A stretch of DNA of 64,000 nt from a virus, in IMG/VR virus record IMGVR_UViG_3300017593_000751, positions 9,278-73,277 of that record; one strand, written 5' to 3'. Position 1 is the stretch's first letter. Every line of letters starts with the position of its first letter. The position numbers were made by a program, and so were the translations under genes. Under the pieces are notes generated by a model. The model was not told where the DNA came from. It worked only from the letters and a program-made list of their open reading frames with translations, and ran no database searches. Below are positions 55,515-64,000 of the stretch, in pieces.

Positions 55515-55762
55515 AGTTTCTTAGGTGGCTTCAGTCCGCGGGCCTCTATGGCCCTGCGGATTTCGTCGGGGTCGCGTTTGATGCGGCCCTTACCTTCGCC
55601 TTTCATCACGTTCGTTATCTCGGCCACGTCCAACAACCTGTCATGCAACTGGGCCAAAGTAAGGTCTAAAATCTGCTCGGTGGAGTAGCCGTAAAAGTGC
55701 GTCAGCAACGAGAAGATGAAATCCCACCTCAGGTATTCTCCTGGGGGGCCTTCGGAGGGTTT
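55511..55762 (-). CDS. Tail assembly chaperone C-terminal extension (gpT), reached by -1 frameshift
   Basis: Slippery A AAC CCT at 55762-55756; open -1 frame ...WDFIFSLLTHFYGYSTEQILDLTLAQ. Confidence 0.8.
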   Translation of the reverse strand, partial: KPSEGPPGEYLRWDFIFSLLTHFYGYSTEQILDLTLAQLHDRLLDVAEITNVMKGEGKGRIKRDPDEIRRAIEARGLKPPKKL

Positions 55763-56163
55763 GCCTCGTTGACACCTCCAATCGACTCCACCACCGTGCT
55801 TATCAGGTCCAAATTTTCCACAGTGACCATCTCGCTGACTTCCGCCAGCGTGATATCAGGCTGGGCGTGTTTCAATGCCCGCCAGAACAGGAACCGCACG
55901 CCGTCCAACGTGCGCATCTCCTCCACCACCGCGTCGTCCGGCAGAGGCGAAGAGCAAAGCTCCTTCACTATCTTCAGCCGTTCGACTTCGGGCATGCCTT
56001 GAGAACCGTCCAGGAACGACTTGAGCCTTTGGCTGCGGACATAAGCCTCAAAGTCCGCCAAGTCGCCCAAGGTCAGAGGGCGGACCTCGTATTCCTTGTC
56101 ATTCAACATCACGGTCACGCCCTTGCCGGCGGCGCTGGTAAGTGAATCCTTCGTGTTCGCCAT
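55729..56163 (-). CDS. Tail assembly chaperone (gpG)
   Basis: EYEVRPLTLGDL; between tail tube and tape measure. Confidence 0.8.
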   Translation of the reverse strand: MANTKDSLTSAAGKGVTVMLNDKEYEVRPLTLGDLADFEAYVRSQRLKSFLDGSQGMPEVERLKIVKELCSSPLPDDAVVEEMRTLDGVRFLFWRALKHAQPDITLAEVSEMVTVENLDLISTVVESIGGVNEANPPKAPQENT

Positions 56164-56205
56164 GCTTCGTCTCCTAATCGTCTCCTAAAAACTTCTCATA
56201 CTGAA

Positions 56206-56853
56206 TTATGCAGTAGTGCTCTCAGTGAACAGTGCGTCAACGCCGGTAAACGTCAAAGGCTCGTCCACCAAAGCATCCACCGCAGCGGTCGGGTTCACGC
56301 CCGTAATGTAAGCATATCCGCAATAACAACGCGAATCGGGCAAGTCGGTGTAGAACCGCACCACGGCCAAGTTGCCCAAATCACTCATCGCCAGCCCTTC
56401 GTCGTCCATCCAATGCCGCTCAGCCGTCCCTGTCCAACTTTTCAAACCCGCCTTCTGTGTCCTCCAAGCCGACCGGGTGCCCCCGGCCTGCTCACCGAAA
56501 GACGAAGTGTCCAGAACATCGCAAGTACACTCGCACGTCCACCCCGTAAACCCACCTTGTGCCCGATACTCCAACGCACACATGGTCGAGACTTTCACCG
56601 ACGTATCGCTATCCGGGGCGTTGTGAAGCATAATCCTGCCCGCCGGATGGACGCTGTAATCTTTTATCCAAACCAAGCTGACCTCGCTGGCGGCGTCGCT
56701 GAGCGTGACGCTGGTCTGTCTAGGGTCGGGTTCATCAACGCTGAGGGTGAAGGTCCGAGTGCTGCCGTCGGCCACGAAGTTCTGGCTTTTCGGATAGCCG
56801 AAGTTCCCGGCGATGATAAACCCGCCCAAATAGCCTTTCAGCTCGCCCGGCAT
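56206..56853 (-). CDS. Second tail tube protein paralogue with inserted beta-domain
   Basis: Shares ELxGYxG, DxLDxxxF and GLKxWTGT with 56924 gene; extra FVADGSTRTFTL domain. Confidence 0.7.
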   Translation of the reverse strand: MPGELKGYLGGFIIAGNFGYPKSQNFVADGSTRTFTLSVDEPDPRQTSVTLSDAASEVSLVWIKDYSVHPAGRIMLHNAPDSDTSVKVSTMCALEYRAQGGFTGWTCECTCDVLDTSSFGEQAGGTRSAWRTQKAGLKSWTGTAERHWMDDEGLAMSDLGNLAVVRFYTDLPDSRCYCGYAYITGVNPTAAVDALVDEPLTFTGVDALFTESTTA

Positions 56854-56923
56854 GATACCACCTCCTTCCCACCGGCCCCGTTAGGCGAATACGCCAAAAA
56901 GGCCGATGAAGTCAATCGTCCGA

Positions 56924-57310
56924 TTACGAATAGAACAAGTCGCTGGAGCCGGTAAAGTTGAAGGTCTGGGTCTCCACGCCGTCCACGCTCACCGACGGGC
57001 TGACTCCGGTACAAATAGCCTTGCCATAGTAGTAATGGGTAGAGTCCACGTACAGCTTCAACGTGGCCTCGGAACCCACATCACTGGGCTGGAAACGCAG
57101 AGACACATCCGAAGGGATGTACGCTTCAATAGTCCCCGTCCAACCCTTCAGGCCCGACAGCTGCTTTCGCCAGCCGGTGGAGTCAAAATTGGTCACGTCC
57201 AGTGCGTCAGCTGAAACGTCCAGGCTCCAAGAATGGACATTGTAGCTCAGGTCACTGTCAATAATAGTCTCCCAGTCCACCTGGCCGCCATAGCCTCGCA
57301 ACTCTGCCAT
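56924..57310 (-). CDS. Major tail tube protein
   Basis: WSLDVSADALDVTNF..WRKQLSGLKGWTGT; terminal FTGS. Confidence 0.85.
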   Translation of the reverse strand: MAELRGYGGQVDWETIIDSDLSYNVHSWSLDVSADALDVTNFDSTGWRKQLSGLKGWTGTIEAYIPSDVSLRFQPSDVGSEATLKLYVDSTHYYYGKAICTGVSPSVSVDGVETQTFNFTGSSDLFYS

Positions 57311-57338
57311 ATTATTTCACCTCCTGCTTTATCGTGCC

Positions 57339-57731
57339 CTACTGCACCGACACGAGATAGTCCACGGTCATCATCCAACAATCTTCCAGCCGCAACGGCC
57401 CACTGGCCGAAACGCGCTCGCAGCCAATAGCCGTGCGAGTATCGTATGTCAACACCGCTCGGTCAAACACCGCCACCAACTTGTCATAAATGCTCTCTAT
57501 GTTCTGAACCGACCTATCGGCGTCGAAGATTCTGAAACGCACCAAGGCTTCATCCCAACAGTCGGCGGGGCGGAAGGTCTTTTGCTTGGTGACGGTTACG
57601 ATGTCAAAGATGATATAAGGCATGGCGTCGGAACCGGCCTCGCCGTAGTAGATGCGGCCGGACACCGCCGAGTTCAGGGCGGAGTCGGCCTTCGCTTTAG
57701 CCACAATCGCCTTTTCCAACTCAGCTGCCAT
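57339..57731 (-). CDS. Tail terminator (DUF3168-like)
   Basis: L..AVSGRIY...PYI pattern; position. Confidence 0.8.
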   Translation of the reverse strand: MAAELEKAIVAKAKADSALNSAVSGRIYYGEAGSDAMPYIIFDIVTVTKQKTFRPADCWDEALVRFRIFDADRSVQNIESIYDKLVAVFDRAVLTYDTRTAIGCERVSASGPLRLEDCWMMTVDYLVSVQ

Positions 57732-57732
57732 G

Positions 57733-58200
57733 CTACGGTCCCGTCTCTATTTCGCCGCCTACGATGTCCCGAAAGATAGCCGCAGCCACGGCCCGGACCT
57801 TCATATAAGCTGGCGTCATGAAGGGCCGGCGGGCCATCTTGCGGGTTCCTAGCTCAAGGTATTTGGCATACCTAACTTGAGTCCCTACTCTTGCAATAGG
57901 CAAAGTAGGATGTAGCTCGTGCGTAATACTGCGCCGCAACGTGCCGGTCTGAACCCGCGGAGGCTCGCCCGGCCTGGAGCGGTAAGAGCCTATCCTGCCC
58001 GCCCTTTGACCCGTCTCCGGGTCTATCATCGTGCGGCTGCCTTCTCGCAAAGGCACGGCCTTGCCGGAGGGCGTTCGGCCGCCCCTAGTCATCAAGGCTT
58101 TGGCCTCCAGTTCTACCATCAGGGCCACTTTCTTGAGGGCCTTCTGCGTGCCTGTCTTGGCCCGTTGATAGAACTTCTCGCCATGCCACTTCACGGTCAC
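57733..58200 (-). CDS. HK97 gp10-like tail completion protein
   Basis: SRPGEPP.VQTGTLRRSI, YAKYLELGTRKMARRPFM. Confidence 0.9.
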   Translation of the reverse strand: MTVKWHGEKFYQRAKTGTQKALKKVALMVELEAKALMTRGGRTPSGKAVPLREGSRTMIDPETGQRAGRIGSYRSRPGEPPRVQTGTLRRSITHELHPTLPIARVGTQVRYAKYLELGTRKMARRPFMTPAYMKVRAVAAAIFRDIVGGEIETGP

Positions 58201-58535
58201 GTCACGTCACCCCGCAGTTCCCGCAGGTCTATCTCCAAATGGTGACTGGACAAATCAGGATTGCCCACGAACACCACCTCGTAAGTCTTGTTCCCGTCCA
58301 CCACGCGGTCGCGTTCGGAGATGTCGGCGTACTCGCCCGGACAATACATCCGATGAGACACCTCAGTCCGCTCGCGGCCGTACAAGGCCCTTTCCCTGCC
58401 GCTCAACGGCTGTATGCGGCAGGGCACGTCCGCGAACCTAGTGCTCCAAGTCTCGGACCAGGAACCGAACTCGTCACTGGTCTGGGCTACTTTTTGAACC
58501 GTAACCGACCGGTTCATCAGGTTGTGAAAAGCCAT
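58197..58535 (-). CDS. Head-tail adaptor/stopper (SPP1 gp16-like)
   Basis: DEFG, PLSGRE, DRV, YEV, HLEI. Confidence 0.88.
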   Translation of the reverse strand: MAFHNLMNRSVTVQKVAQTSDEFGSWSETWSTRFADVPCRIQPLSGRERALYGRERTEVSHRMYCPGEYADISERDRVVDGNKTYEVVFVGNPDLSSHHLEIDLRELRGDVT

Positions 58536-59425
58536 CAGCCCAGCCCTCCCAACAGCAGCCGGCGGTACGGGTCCAGCTTCGGCTTCAACATATTAGATAC
58601 ACTGGTCTCGCCAGCGGCGCTGAAAACGGCGTCCAGCCTGTCGGCCACGGTGTAGGAATAGTTCCCTATCTTCTCGCTGCGAAGAGTGGGGTCTTTCTTG
58701 CTCAGGTTATAGAGCATCGCGGTCAGTTCCATAGCCGCGGCCTGGAGTGGCTCCGGCAGGTCTTCCCTGGCCCATCCGGCCCGATAGTCCACGCAGATAT
58801 TGCCGTGCCCACTACTCCAACCGTAGGGGTTGTAGAGCATAGCTCTTTCCGCGTCTTCTATCTCATAATCAGCTTCGGTGGTCTCCGGCACCTCCAGATA
58901 CACATATGAACCGTTGGCATCCTTAGCTGGAGCGCGGAGGATTTCGGAGGCCGGGTAATCATTGAACCCGTCCACCGCTTCCGCTGACCATCCGCTTACA
59001 GCATCAATGGCCGCAGCTAGGTCCTCCACCGTGGCATAGTCCGACAAGGCGAAGCTGGACTCATTCCAGCTGCCGCTCTCGGCATACCGAATCTTCACCG
59101 CCGTATCAGTTACCCAGACCCGGGCATGGCTGCCGGAACCGGTATAGGTTACTTTGGCCGCGTCGTCCCTGCCGATAGAGGCCCGCTTTACTTCGATAAG
59201 CGGCCAATTGTTCAGGAACAAATAGCTGCCCCCATCGCCGTCGTGAAGCTCTTTGGTGTAGGTCGTATCAATAATGTCGCAGCCCAGCTCTTTACGAATC
59301 ATAACGGAGGCTTGGACCACACAAGCGTCTATAAGCCTGTCGTCCGCCGTATCGTCCTCGCCTTTGCCAAGGTATCGCTTGGCGTCGGCGAGCGTGATGA
59401 GCGTCTTGGTAGCATCTAAAGCCAT
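58535..59425 (-). CDS. Head-tail connector (gp6/gp15-like) with inserted domain
   Basis: ITLADAKRYL, YRAG..P..LQAA, SEKIGNYSY, LDPYRR. Confidence 0.85.
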   Translation of the reverse strand: MALDATKTLITLADAKRYLGKGEDDTADDRLIDACVVQASVMIRKELGCDIIDTTYTKELHDGDGGSYLFLNNWPLIEVKRASIGRDDAAKVTYTGSGSHARVWVTDTAVKIRYAESGSWNESSFALSDYATVEDLAAAIDAVSGWSAEAVDGFNDYPASEILRAPAKDANGSYVYLEVPETTEADYEIEDAERAMLYNPYGWSSGHGNICVDYRAGWAREDLPEPLQAAAMELTAMLYNLSKKDPTLRSEKIGNYSYTVADRLDAVFSAAGETSVSNMLKPKLDPYRRLLLGGLG

Positions 59426-59426
59426 A

Positions 59427-59780
59427 TCACCAAAGCGCCTCCTGCACGTCTATCTCGATGTCTTTGCACAGATGATAATCCGAACTATCACTCACGCGGA
59501 ACTCGCCCACGTAAATCCCGCAATCACTAACTTCATTCCAATCAGCGGTCCTCGGCGTGATGGTCACTGAACCATCAGAAGCCGGGGAGTTGATGAAGAT
59601 ATAATCGCTGTTGGTCCCTTTCGTGTCGCGGGCGAACAAGTTGTCCGTATCCCACTCATGCGCCCTTAGCCTGAACTCCACCCGCGTGCCCGTCAGGTCT
59701 ATAACACCGCCTGACATATCACTTAGCGTAAACGTCCACGGCTGGGTATCGCCCTTCTTGACTTTCAATGCCACTGACAA
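59427..59780 (-). CDS. Ig-like virion protein (BppU-N-like)
   Basis: KKGDT...IDLTG pattern. Confidence 0.6.
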   Translation of the reverse strand: MSVALKVKKGDTQPWTFTLSDMSGGVIDLTGTRVEFRLRAHEWDTDNLFARDTKGTNSDYIFINSPASDGSVTITPRTADWNEVSDCGIYVGEFRVSDSSDYHLCKDIEIDVQEALW

Positions 59781-59781
59781 C

Positions 59782-60837
59782 TCAAGCCACCTCCCGCCAG
59801 TAGCCTTCCAGCTCTTCTTCCAACAGTTTCACAAACTGTTTTGCCGTGTTCATCGGGTTGAACTTTTCCTGGGCCATAAGCCTATTGGCCCGGCGGCGGC
59901 CCGGGCGGTCCTCTTTCAATTCCTCCCATGCCCGGCCCATCGCCGCAGCGAAGGCCGGCAAGTCCTCCGGGTCGGCGGTGTAGGGCGTGAAAGGATTGCC
60001 CATCCCCGCCACTACCTGAGTACCACAAGCCAAAGCCTCCCGCACCACGCGGGTGGCTATGTTGTGCGGGGTAATGACCAAATCGGCCGCACAATAGGCC
60101 GGTAACAGGTCAGGCTCCAGGCCCTTCGTCAGCCCCAATACTCCCTGTCGGCGCAGTCCTTCCAGTATGGCCTTGCGGCCTCTGTCGTCGCCGTCCATGC
60201 CCAGCACATGTATCCTGGCCTGCGGATAACGCTCGGCGAACAACGCCGCAGCATGGAGTACATGAAACGGGTCTTTGTCCTTTCGCCAAATATCACAAAC
60301 CAGCACGTTGGGCCGGCCGGCATGGCCCTCAAAGTCATAATCCGTCCTTACAAAGCGCCAATGCTCCAGGCCCACGAAGGCCGGCAATGCTGTTACCCGC
60401 GGGAACACCAACCGCCAATAATGCTCAAAACCCGGCCAGAACGTTACCATCCGCCGCCACCGCGGGTCTTTCGTCATCTCGGCATAGAACGTATAGATAG
60501 GCGTTTCACCGCTGCGCTCTATACGATAGCTACTGTTGGGCCTGCCATGAGCTATATGTACTCGGGGGGCAGGGCTGGCGTCAAACTGAGGCCCCAAACC
60601 GCTATGACTAACTAAGATATCCGCCGACAAGGCCATTTCAATCGGTACTGTGCAAACTCCCCGGTCGGCTGTCCAAACCGGCACTCGCACATTTTCCGGG
60701 TCCGGAGCCGCTGGCGGGCGGGGGTCAAACAAATAAGCATCCACGCCCAGGCGCCTCTCCGCAGCCGCCAGCTCCCTGGCCGTCTCATACATTCCGCAAC
60801 GATGTGGCGTCACCGGGCAGACGTGGACAACCTTCAT
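59782..60837 (-). CDS. GT4-like glycosyltransferase inside the virion module
   Basis: CGMYET, HG, KDP, YCAAD, EALACGTQVV. Confidence 0.85.
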   Translation of the reverse strand: MKVVHVCPVTPHRCGMYETARELAAAERRLGVDAYLFDPRPPAAPDPENVRVPVWTADRGVCTVPIEMALSADILVSHSGLGPQFDASPAPRVHIAHGRPNSSYRIERSGETPIYTFYAEMTKDPRWRRMVTFWPGFEHYWRLVFPRVTALPAFVGLEHWRFVRTDYDFEGHAGRPNVLVCDIWRKDKDPFHVLHAAALFAERYPQARIHVLGMDGDDRGRKAILEGLRRQGVLGLTKGLEPDLLPAYCAADLVITPHNIATRVVREALACGTQVVAGMGNPFTPYTADPEDLPAFAAAMGRAWEELKEDRPGRRRANRLMAQEKFNPMNTAKQFVKLLEEELEGYWREVA

Positions 60838-61133
60838 TCTCTCTCCTCCACTCCCCCCGCGCCCTGTCGTTTCAGGTCGTCCAAGTCCTTGCTAATGGTC
60901 TCTAAAAGGACTAAGGCCCTCTCCACCTTGCGGTCCAATTCGGCATAGTCCTGCCTGAGCTGGGAATACGCGCTACTAAGACGGTCAATTCGCCGGTCGT
61001 GGCTGTTGAGTCTGGCCTGTGCTGACCCCCAACTAACGCAGATACCGCCGATGAGGACTATAACTGATAGGGCGGTGGCCGCCAGTTTCCACCTCCCGTT
61101 GTTTTGGATGTTTTGATTATTTTGGGTCGGCAT
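60834..61133 (-). CDS. TM plus coiled-coil protein (holin/hemolysin-like)
   Basis: One TM helix then heptads. Confidence 0.55.
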   Translation of the reverse strand: MPTQNNQNIQNNGRWKLAATALSVIVLIGGICVSWGSAQARLNSHDRRIDRLSSAYSQLRQDYAELDRKVERALVLLETISKDLDDLKRQGAGGVEERE

Positions 61134-61154
61134 TTTAACCTCCCTAGAACAACA

Positions 61155-61532
61155 CTAGAACAACACCGGACAACTTTCATTGTCGCCCAAAAGCACATAG
61201 GCTATCCAGCCACGACAAGGCCGAGCGTCCGAATTCTGTATCGTCAGCGACTTACCATCGCTACACTGAATACCCTTGGCAACTTTGGCCGTGGCCCGGG
61301 CCGCATACTCTAAACGGTCCACTTCGGTATCCGAAGACAAGAACAGAAAAGCCCCAGACCCTTGCAGCGATACTCTACCTCCTACCACTACCCAAGCCTT
61401 ATTGGCGTCGCTGGCGGCCTTGACTTGGGTAACATCACTGCCTGTCCCGTTAAAATATGCTATACGAACCCCAGCCTCCCGCCACTGTTGCCACTTGGGC
61501 AAGATGTCGCTGATAACCGTCAATGTAGCCAT
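61155..61532 (-). CDS. Virion-associated beta-rich protein
   Basis: GGAGG RBS; position. Confidence 0.55.
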   Translation of the reverse strand: MATLTVISDILPKWQQWREAGVRIAYFNGTGSDVTQVKAASDANKAWVVVGGRVSLQGSGAFLFLSSDTEVDRLEYAARATAKVAKGIQCSDGKSLTIQNSDARPCRGWIAYVLLGDNESCPVLF

Positions 61533-61544
61533 ATCCGCCTCCTA

Positions 61545-62960
61545 CTAAGCCGCAGCCCCAGCATAAGCTCCGCTGCCGAACAGTTCATACAACGGGTCCA
61601 CTTCGTTCACGTTGGTATTGCCCGAACCGGCAGTCTCGGCGAAATAATGCTCCAACGCCGTCTTGCCGGACAAGTTCACATTGTTTATCGTGCCCCCGAT
61701 AACAACGCCGCTGGTATTGGAGAACAACGTTATGCCCGAACCATCTATGGTCCCCCCTTCTAATTCGACGTTGGCCGACCCGAAGTCAATCTCGCTCTCC
61801 TCCGCGTTGCTATTCGCGGGCTTCTTGACGGTCCCCGTTATCCGGTGCCGACCGGAGCCAAGGTCGAGCTTGCCGCCGCCTTTGTCGGCTCCATCGTAAC
61901 CCAAGCTGATGTCCCCGCAGACCAGCTGGTGCCCCTCGCACGCCAGCTTACACGAATACCCGTCCCGGTAGCCCTCGACGGACAACTTCTGCGAGCCGAG
62001 ATACCAGCGGTCAGTCAAGGTGACGGTTATATCGGCGTAGGCGGTTGAGAAGAGGAGCACGCGCGAATCTACGTTGTCGCCCCGCACGAAACCGACATTG
62101 AAATCGGCGGAGATGCCGTAAAAATAGATGCCGTCACAATCAACGATGCTGTCGGCGTCCTGGTGCCACGGGTCGTCGGAGGGGGCGCTCACGAGGACCT
62201 TCGCCGTCGTAGAGCTATTGATGGTCCCCGCCCCCAAGGTCCATTCCTTGGCGTAGCAATTCCCAGTCAGCGTATTGGTCTTGCCAACGTAGGCGGTCTT
62301 GAGGTGCCGGAACGCGTTGGCCGACGACGGGTTCTTCAAGTTGCCGCTCTCCACCTGGTCCCAAATGCCGCTGGAGGACAAGGTAAAGTTGGTCGAGGTA
62401 TTCACCTCACAACCGCCTCGAACCGTGATGGTCTTGTCGTTGTCGTCGAACGCGCCAGAGGTGCCGGTGAAGCTGCCGAGCGACAGGTCCACTTGCGCCG
62501 TCGGCGTGCAGCCGTCTCCGCCGGGGTTCACCTCGAAATCGGGGAGGTAGGGCAATCCCGTGTAACCGATGCCCGGCGTCCCCGAGGTGCCGTCGTGCAC
62601 GAGCTTGCCGGTGTAGTTCGCCCATGCATCGGCGGACGCTGTACCGTGCACCGTACCGGCGACCGAGATATCGGCCGAACCTTCGTACCGCACGTCCGCC
62701 CCGCCCAGCTGAGCTACGTCCTGCACGTCCAGCTGGTTGTCGACGGAGATGGTGCCTGCGTAACTGGCGTTCACGATGAACATGGCGACGGCTTCGGTGG
62801 CGACATCGATGTTCAGCGACGCCGAGTTGGCCTCAATGTACACATCGTCGCCGTTCCCGGGCACGCCGGCGTTATCTCCCTGCCCCGGCGAGGACTCCCA
62901 GGACGCGGCGTCATTCCAGTTGAGCGGCGTCGCGTTGGACTTGAGGTACTTGTCGGCCAT
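61545..62960 (-). CDS. Beta-helix/adhesin-like virion protein
   Basis: NWNDAASW...VPGNGDDVYI start; G/S/T/N-rich. Confidence 0.65.
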   Translation of the reverse strand: MADKYLKSNATPLNWNDAASWESSPGQGDNAGVPGNGDDVYIEANSASLNIDVATEAVAMFIVNASYAGTISVDNQLDVQDVAQLGGADVRYEGSADISVAGTVHGTASADAWANYTGKLVHDGTSGTPGIGYTGLPYLPDFEVNPGGDGCTPTAQVDLSLGSFTGTSGAFDDNDKTITVRGGCEVNTSTNFTLSSSGIWDQVESGNLKNPSSANAFRHLKTAYVGKTNTLTGNCYAKEWTLGAGTINSSTTAKVLVSAPSDDPWHQDADSIVDCDGIYFYGISADFNVGFVRGDNVDSRVLLFSTAYADITVTLTDRWYLGSQKLSVEGYRDGYSCKLACEGHQLVCGDISLGYDGADKGGGKLDLGSGRHRITGTVKKPANSNAEESEIDFGSANVELEGGTIDGSGITLFSNTSGVVIGGTINNVNLSGKTALEHYFAETAGSGNTNVNEVDPLYELFGSGAYAGAAA

Positions 62961-62963
62961 GCA

Positions 62964-63326
62964 CTACTCCTCCGGTTTGTCGGGCGGGACCACCTCTGGC
63001 GTATCCGCCGCGTCATCAACGAGCATCCTGACCTGGACGCGCGGGTGCTTGCCGGGCAGGGCCTCGGCGGTCCACGGCCCCAGGTCGGCCCACTCTTCGC
63101 CGTCCACCAGAATCTTCACCTCGACCGTCGAGCCGACAGGCGGGGCGATAAGGCGGTATTCCGTCCGCCCGAACACCCGGTCCACCTCGACGATACGAGC
63201 GCCTAGGTTGACGCGCGAACGCTCCCGTCGAATCTGCGGGGGCGGCCCCTTCGGGCCGATTCGCTTGTCTAAGTCCTTGGGCTTGTCCTCTCCGACGCCT
63301 TCGGTTCCCTTCCGAAACAGGGCCAT
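62964..63326 (-). CDS. Hypothetical protein
   Basis: AGGAGG RBS. Confidence 0.6.
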   Translation of the reverse strand: MALFRKGTEGVGEDKPKDLDKRIGPKGPPPQIRRERSRVNLGARIVEVDRVFGRTEYRLIAPPVGSTVEVKILVDGEEWADLGPWTAEALPGKHPRVQVRMLVDDAADTPEVVPPDKPEE

Positions 63327-63366
63327 CGCCCACCTCCTGTTTGTCTGAAACTATGCTTTTATGCTT

Positions 63367-63786
63367 CTATGCTTCGGCCGACTCGACCGCCGCCCTCCGC
63401 CTTCTGCGGGGCTTGGGCGGCTTGGGCGAAGTCTCGGCCTCTTCCACCGTGGCTTCTTCAACAACTTCCGCCTCTTTCCCCTCAACGTCCTCGGCTTCTC
63501 CAACTTCGCCCGTCTTGATAATACGGGCGATAGGCCCGCCCTCCACGCGCCGGTCGCCAGGAGACTGAACAGTAGTCAGCTCTTTGGCGATTCTGGGCGG
63601 AACCCAAACCCGCCCCGTGTCGCGGGGGACGAACTTGCGGACCCTTCGCCCTTGCGGGTCCAACACTACCTCTTTGACTAAATGATGAACCTTGCCGTTG
63701 ATTCGCACATATCGATAGGGCAAGATTTCAATGAGCACAGTGGGCTTTTCCTTCTCAGGGTCGAACGTGTAAGCCATCTTCTCCAA
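63367..63786 (-). CDS. Hypothetical protein, probably the gene following the major capsid gene
   Basis: GGGAG RBS; E-rich then basic tail. Confidence 0.55.
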   Translation of the reverse strand: MEKMAYTFDPEKEKPTVLIEILPYRYVRINGKVHHLVKEVVLDPQGRRVRKFVPRDTGRVWVPPRIAKELTTVQSPGDRRVEGGPIARIIKTGEVGEAEDVEGKEAEVVEEATVEEAETSPKPPKPRRRRRAAVESAEA

Positions 63787-63939
63787 CTCCCTCTTACTGG
63801 CCTGGACTCAAGTCACAGCGCCTTTTAGTCTTTTAGGAATCCACTCTGACAGGTCTCCCCGCCAGAGCAGAGCTTTTCAGTTTTTATCTGCCCTTCTCTG
63901 CCCATCAACTCGCCGCGAGACGGCGGATGGGGGGTCGCC

Positions 63940-63976
63940 GGGGCGGCGGTGAAAGGAGACGAAAGCCCGCCGCCCC
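63940..63976 (-). promoter_or_regulatory. GC hairpin with anti-SD loop
   Basis: 10-bp perfect stem; minus-strand loop GCTTTCGTCTCCTTTCA. Confidence 0.5.
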
Positions 63977-64000
63977 AGTCGCCCCGGCCTCCTCCTCAAT

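Larger units (their letters stand above)
1..64000. mobile_element. Tailed dsDNA bacteriophage (siphovirus-like) genome segment
   Basis: Tape measure, tail tube, tail chaperone with slippery site, head-tail adaptors, phage-type replication operon and dense small ORFs; no host core genes, no integrase in window. Confidence 0.97.

Noticed and set aside
1-64000. Integrase, reverse transcriptase/DGR, intein or alternative genetic code
   Set aside because: No matching motifs seen; genes are intact under the standard code apart from one TGA

Overview
The whole window is part of a tailed dsDNA phage (siphovirus-type) genome, with no host housekeeping genes. It has three transcription blocks. (1) 1-11.7 kb, minus strand: small accessory genes, a divergent beta-clamp, a lysozyme-like protein and a probable small terminase. 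(2) 12.4-51.1 kb, plus strand: two early-gene clusters behind a duplicated sigma70 promoter cassette, a full replication/recombination set (beta-clamp, UDG-PolA fusion, clamp loader, SSB, UvsY-like, RecA, HNH, split SbcC + SbcD, primase, DnaB, SNF2, sigma factor) and a ~9 kb glycosylation/sulfation cassette. (3) 51.1-64 kb, minus strand: tail and head-tail genes. A candidate origin sits at 11.9-12.3 kb. The host is tentatively Planctomycetota (inference). The most unusual signals are non-coding and lie at 25.8-28.4 kb: 19 consecutive GGYNN pentamers, a 31-bp dual-repeat array, and four covarying tRNA-like structured elements. Other notable items are the PAPS/sulfotransferase/glycosyltransferase cassette, a 95-bp hairpin element in inverted copies bracketing the 39-kb plus-strand block, and GC hairpins with anti-Shine-Dalgarno loops. 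All calls come from reading motifs by eye; no searches were run.
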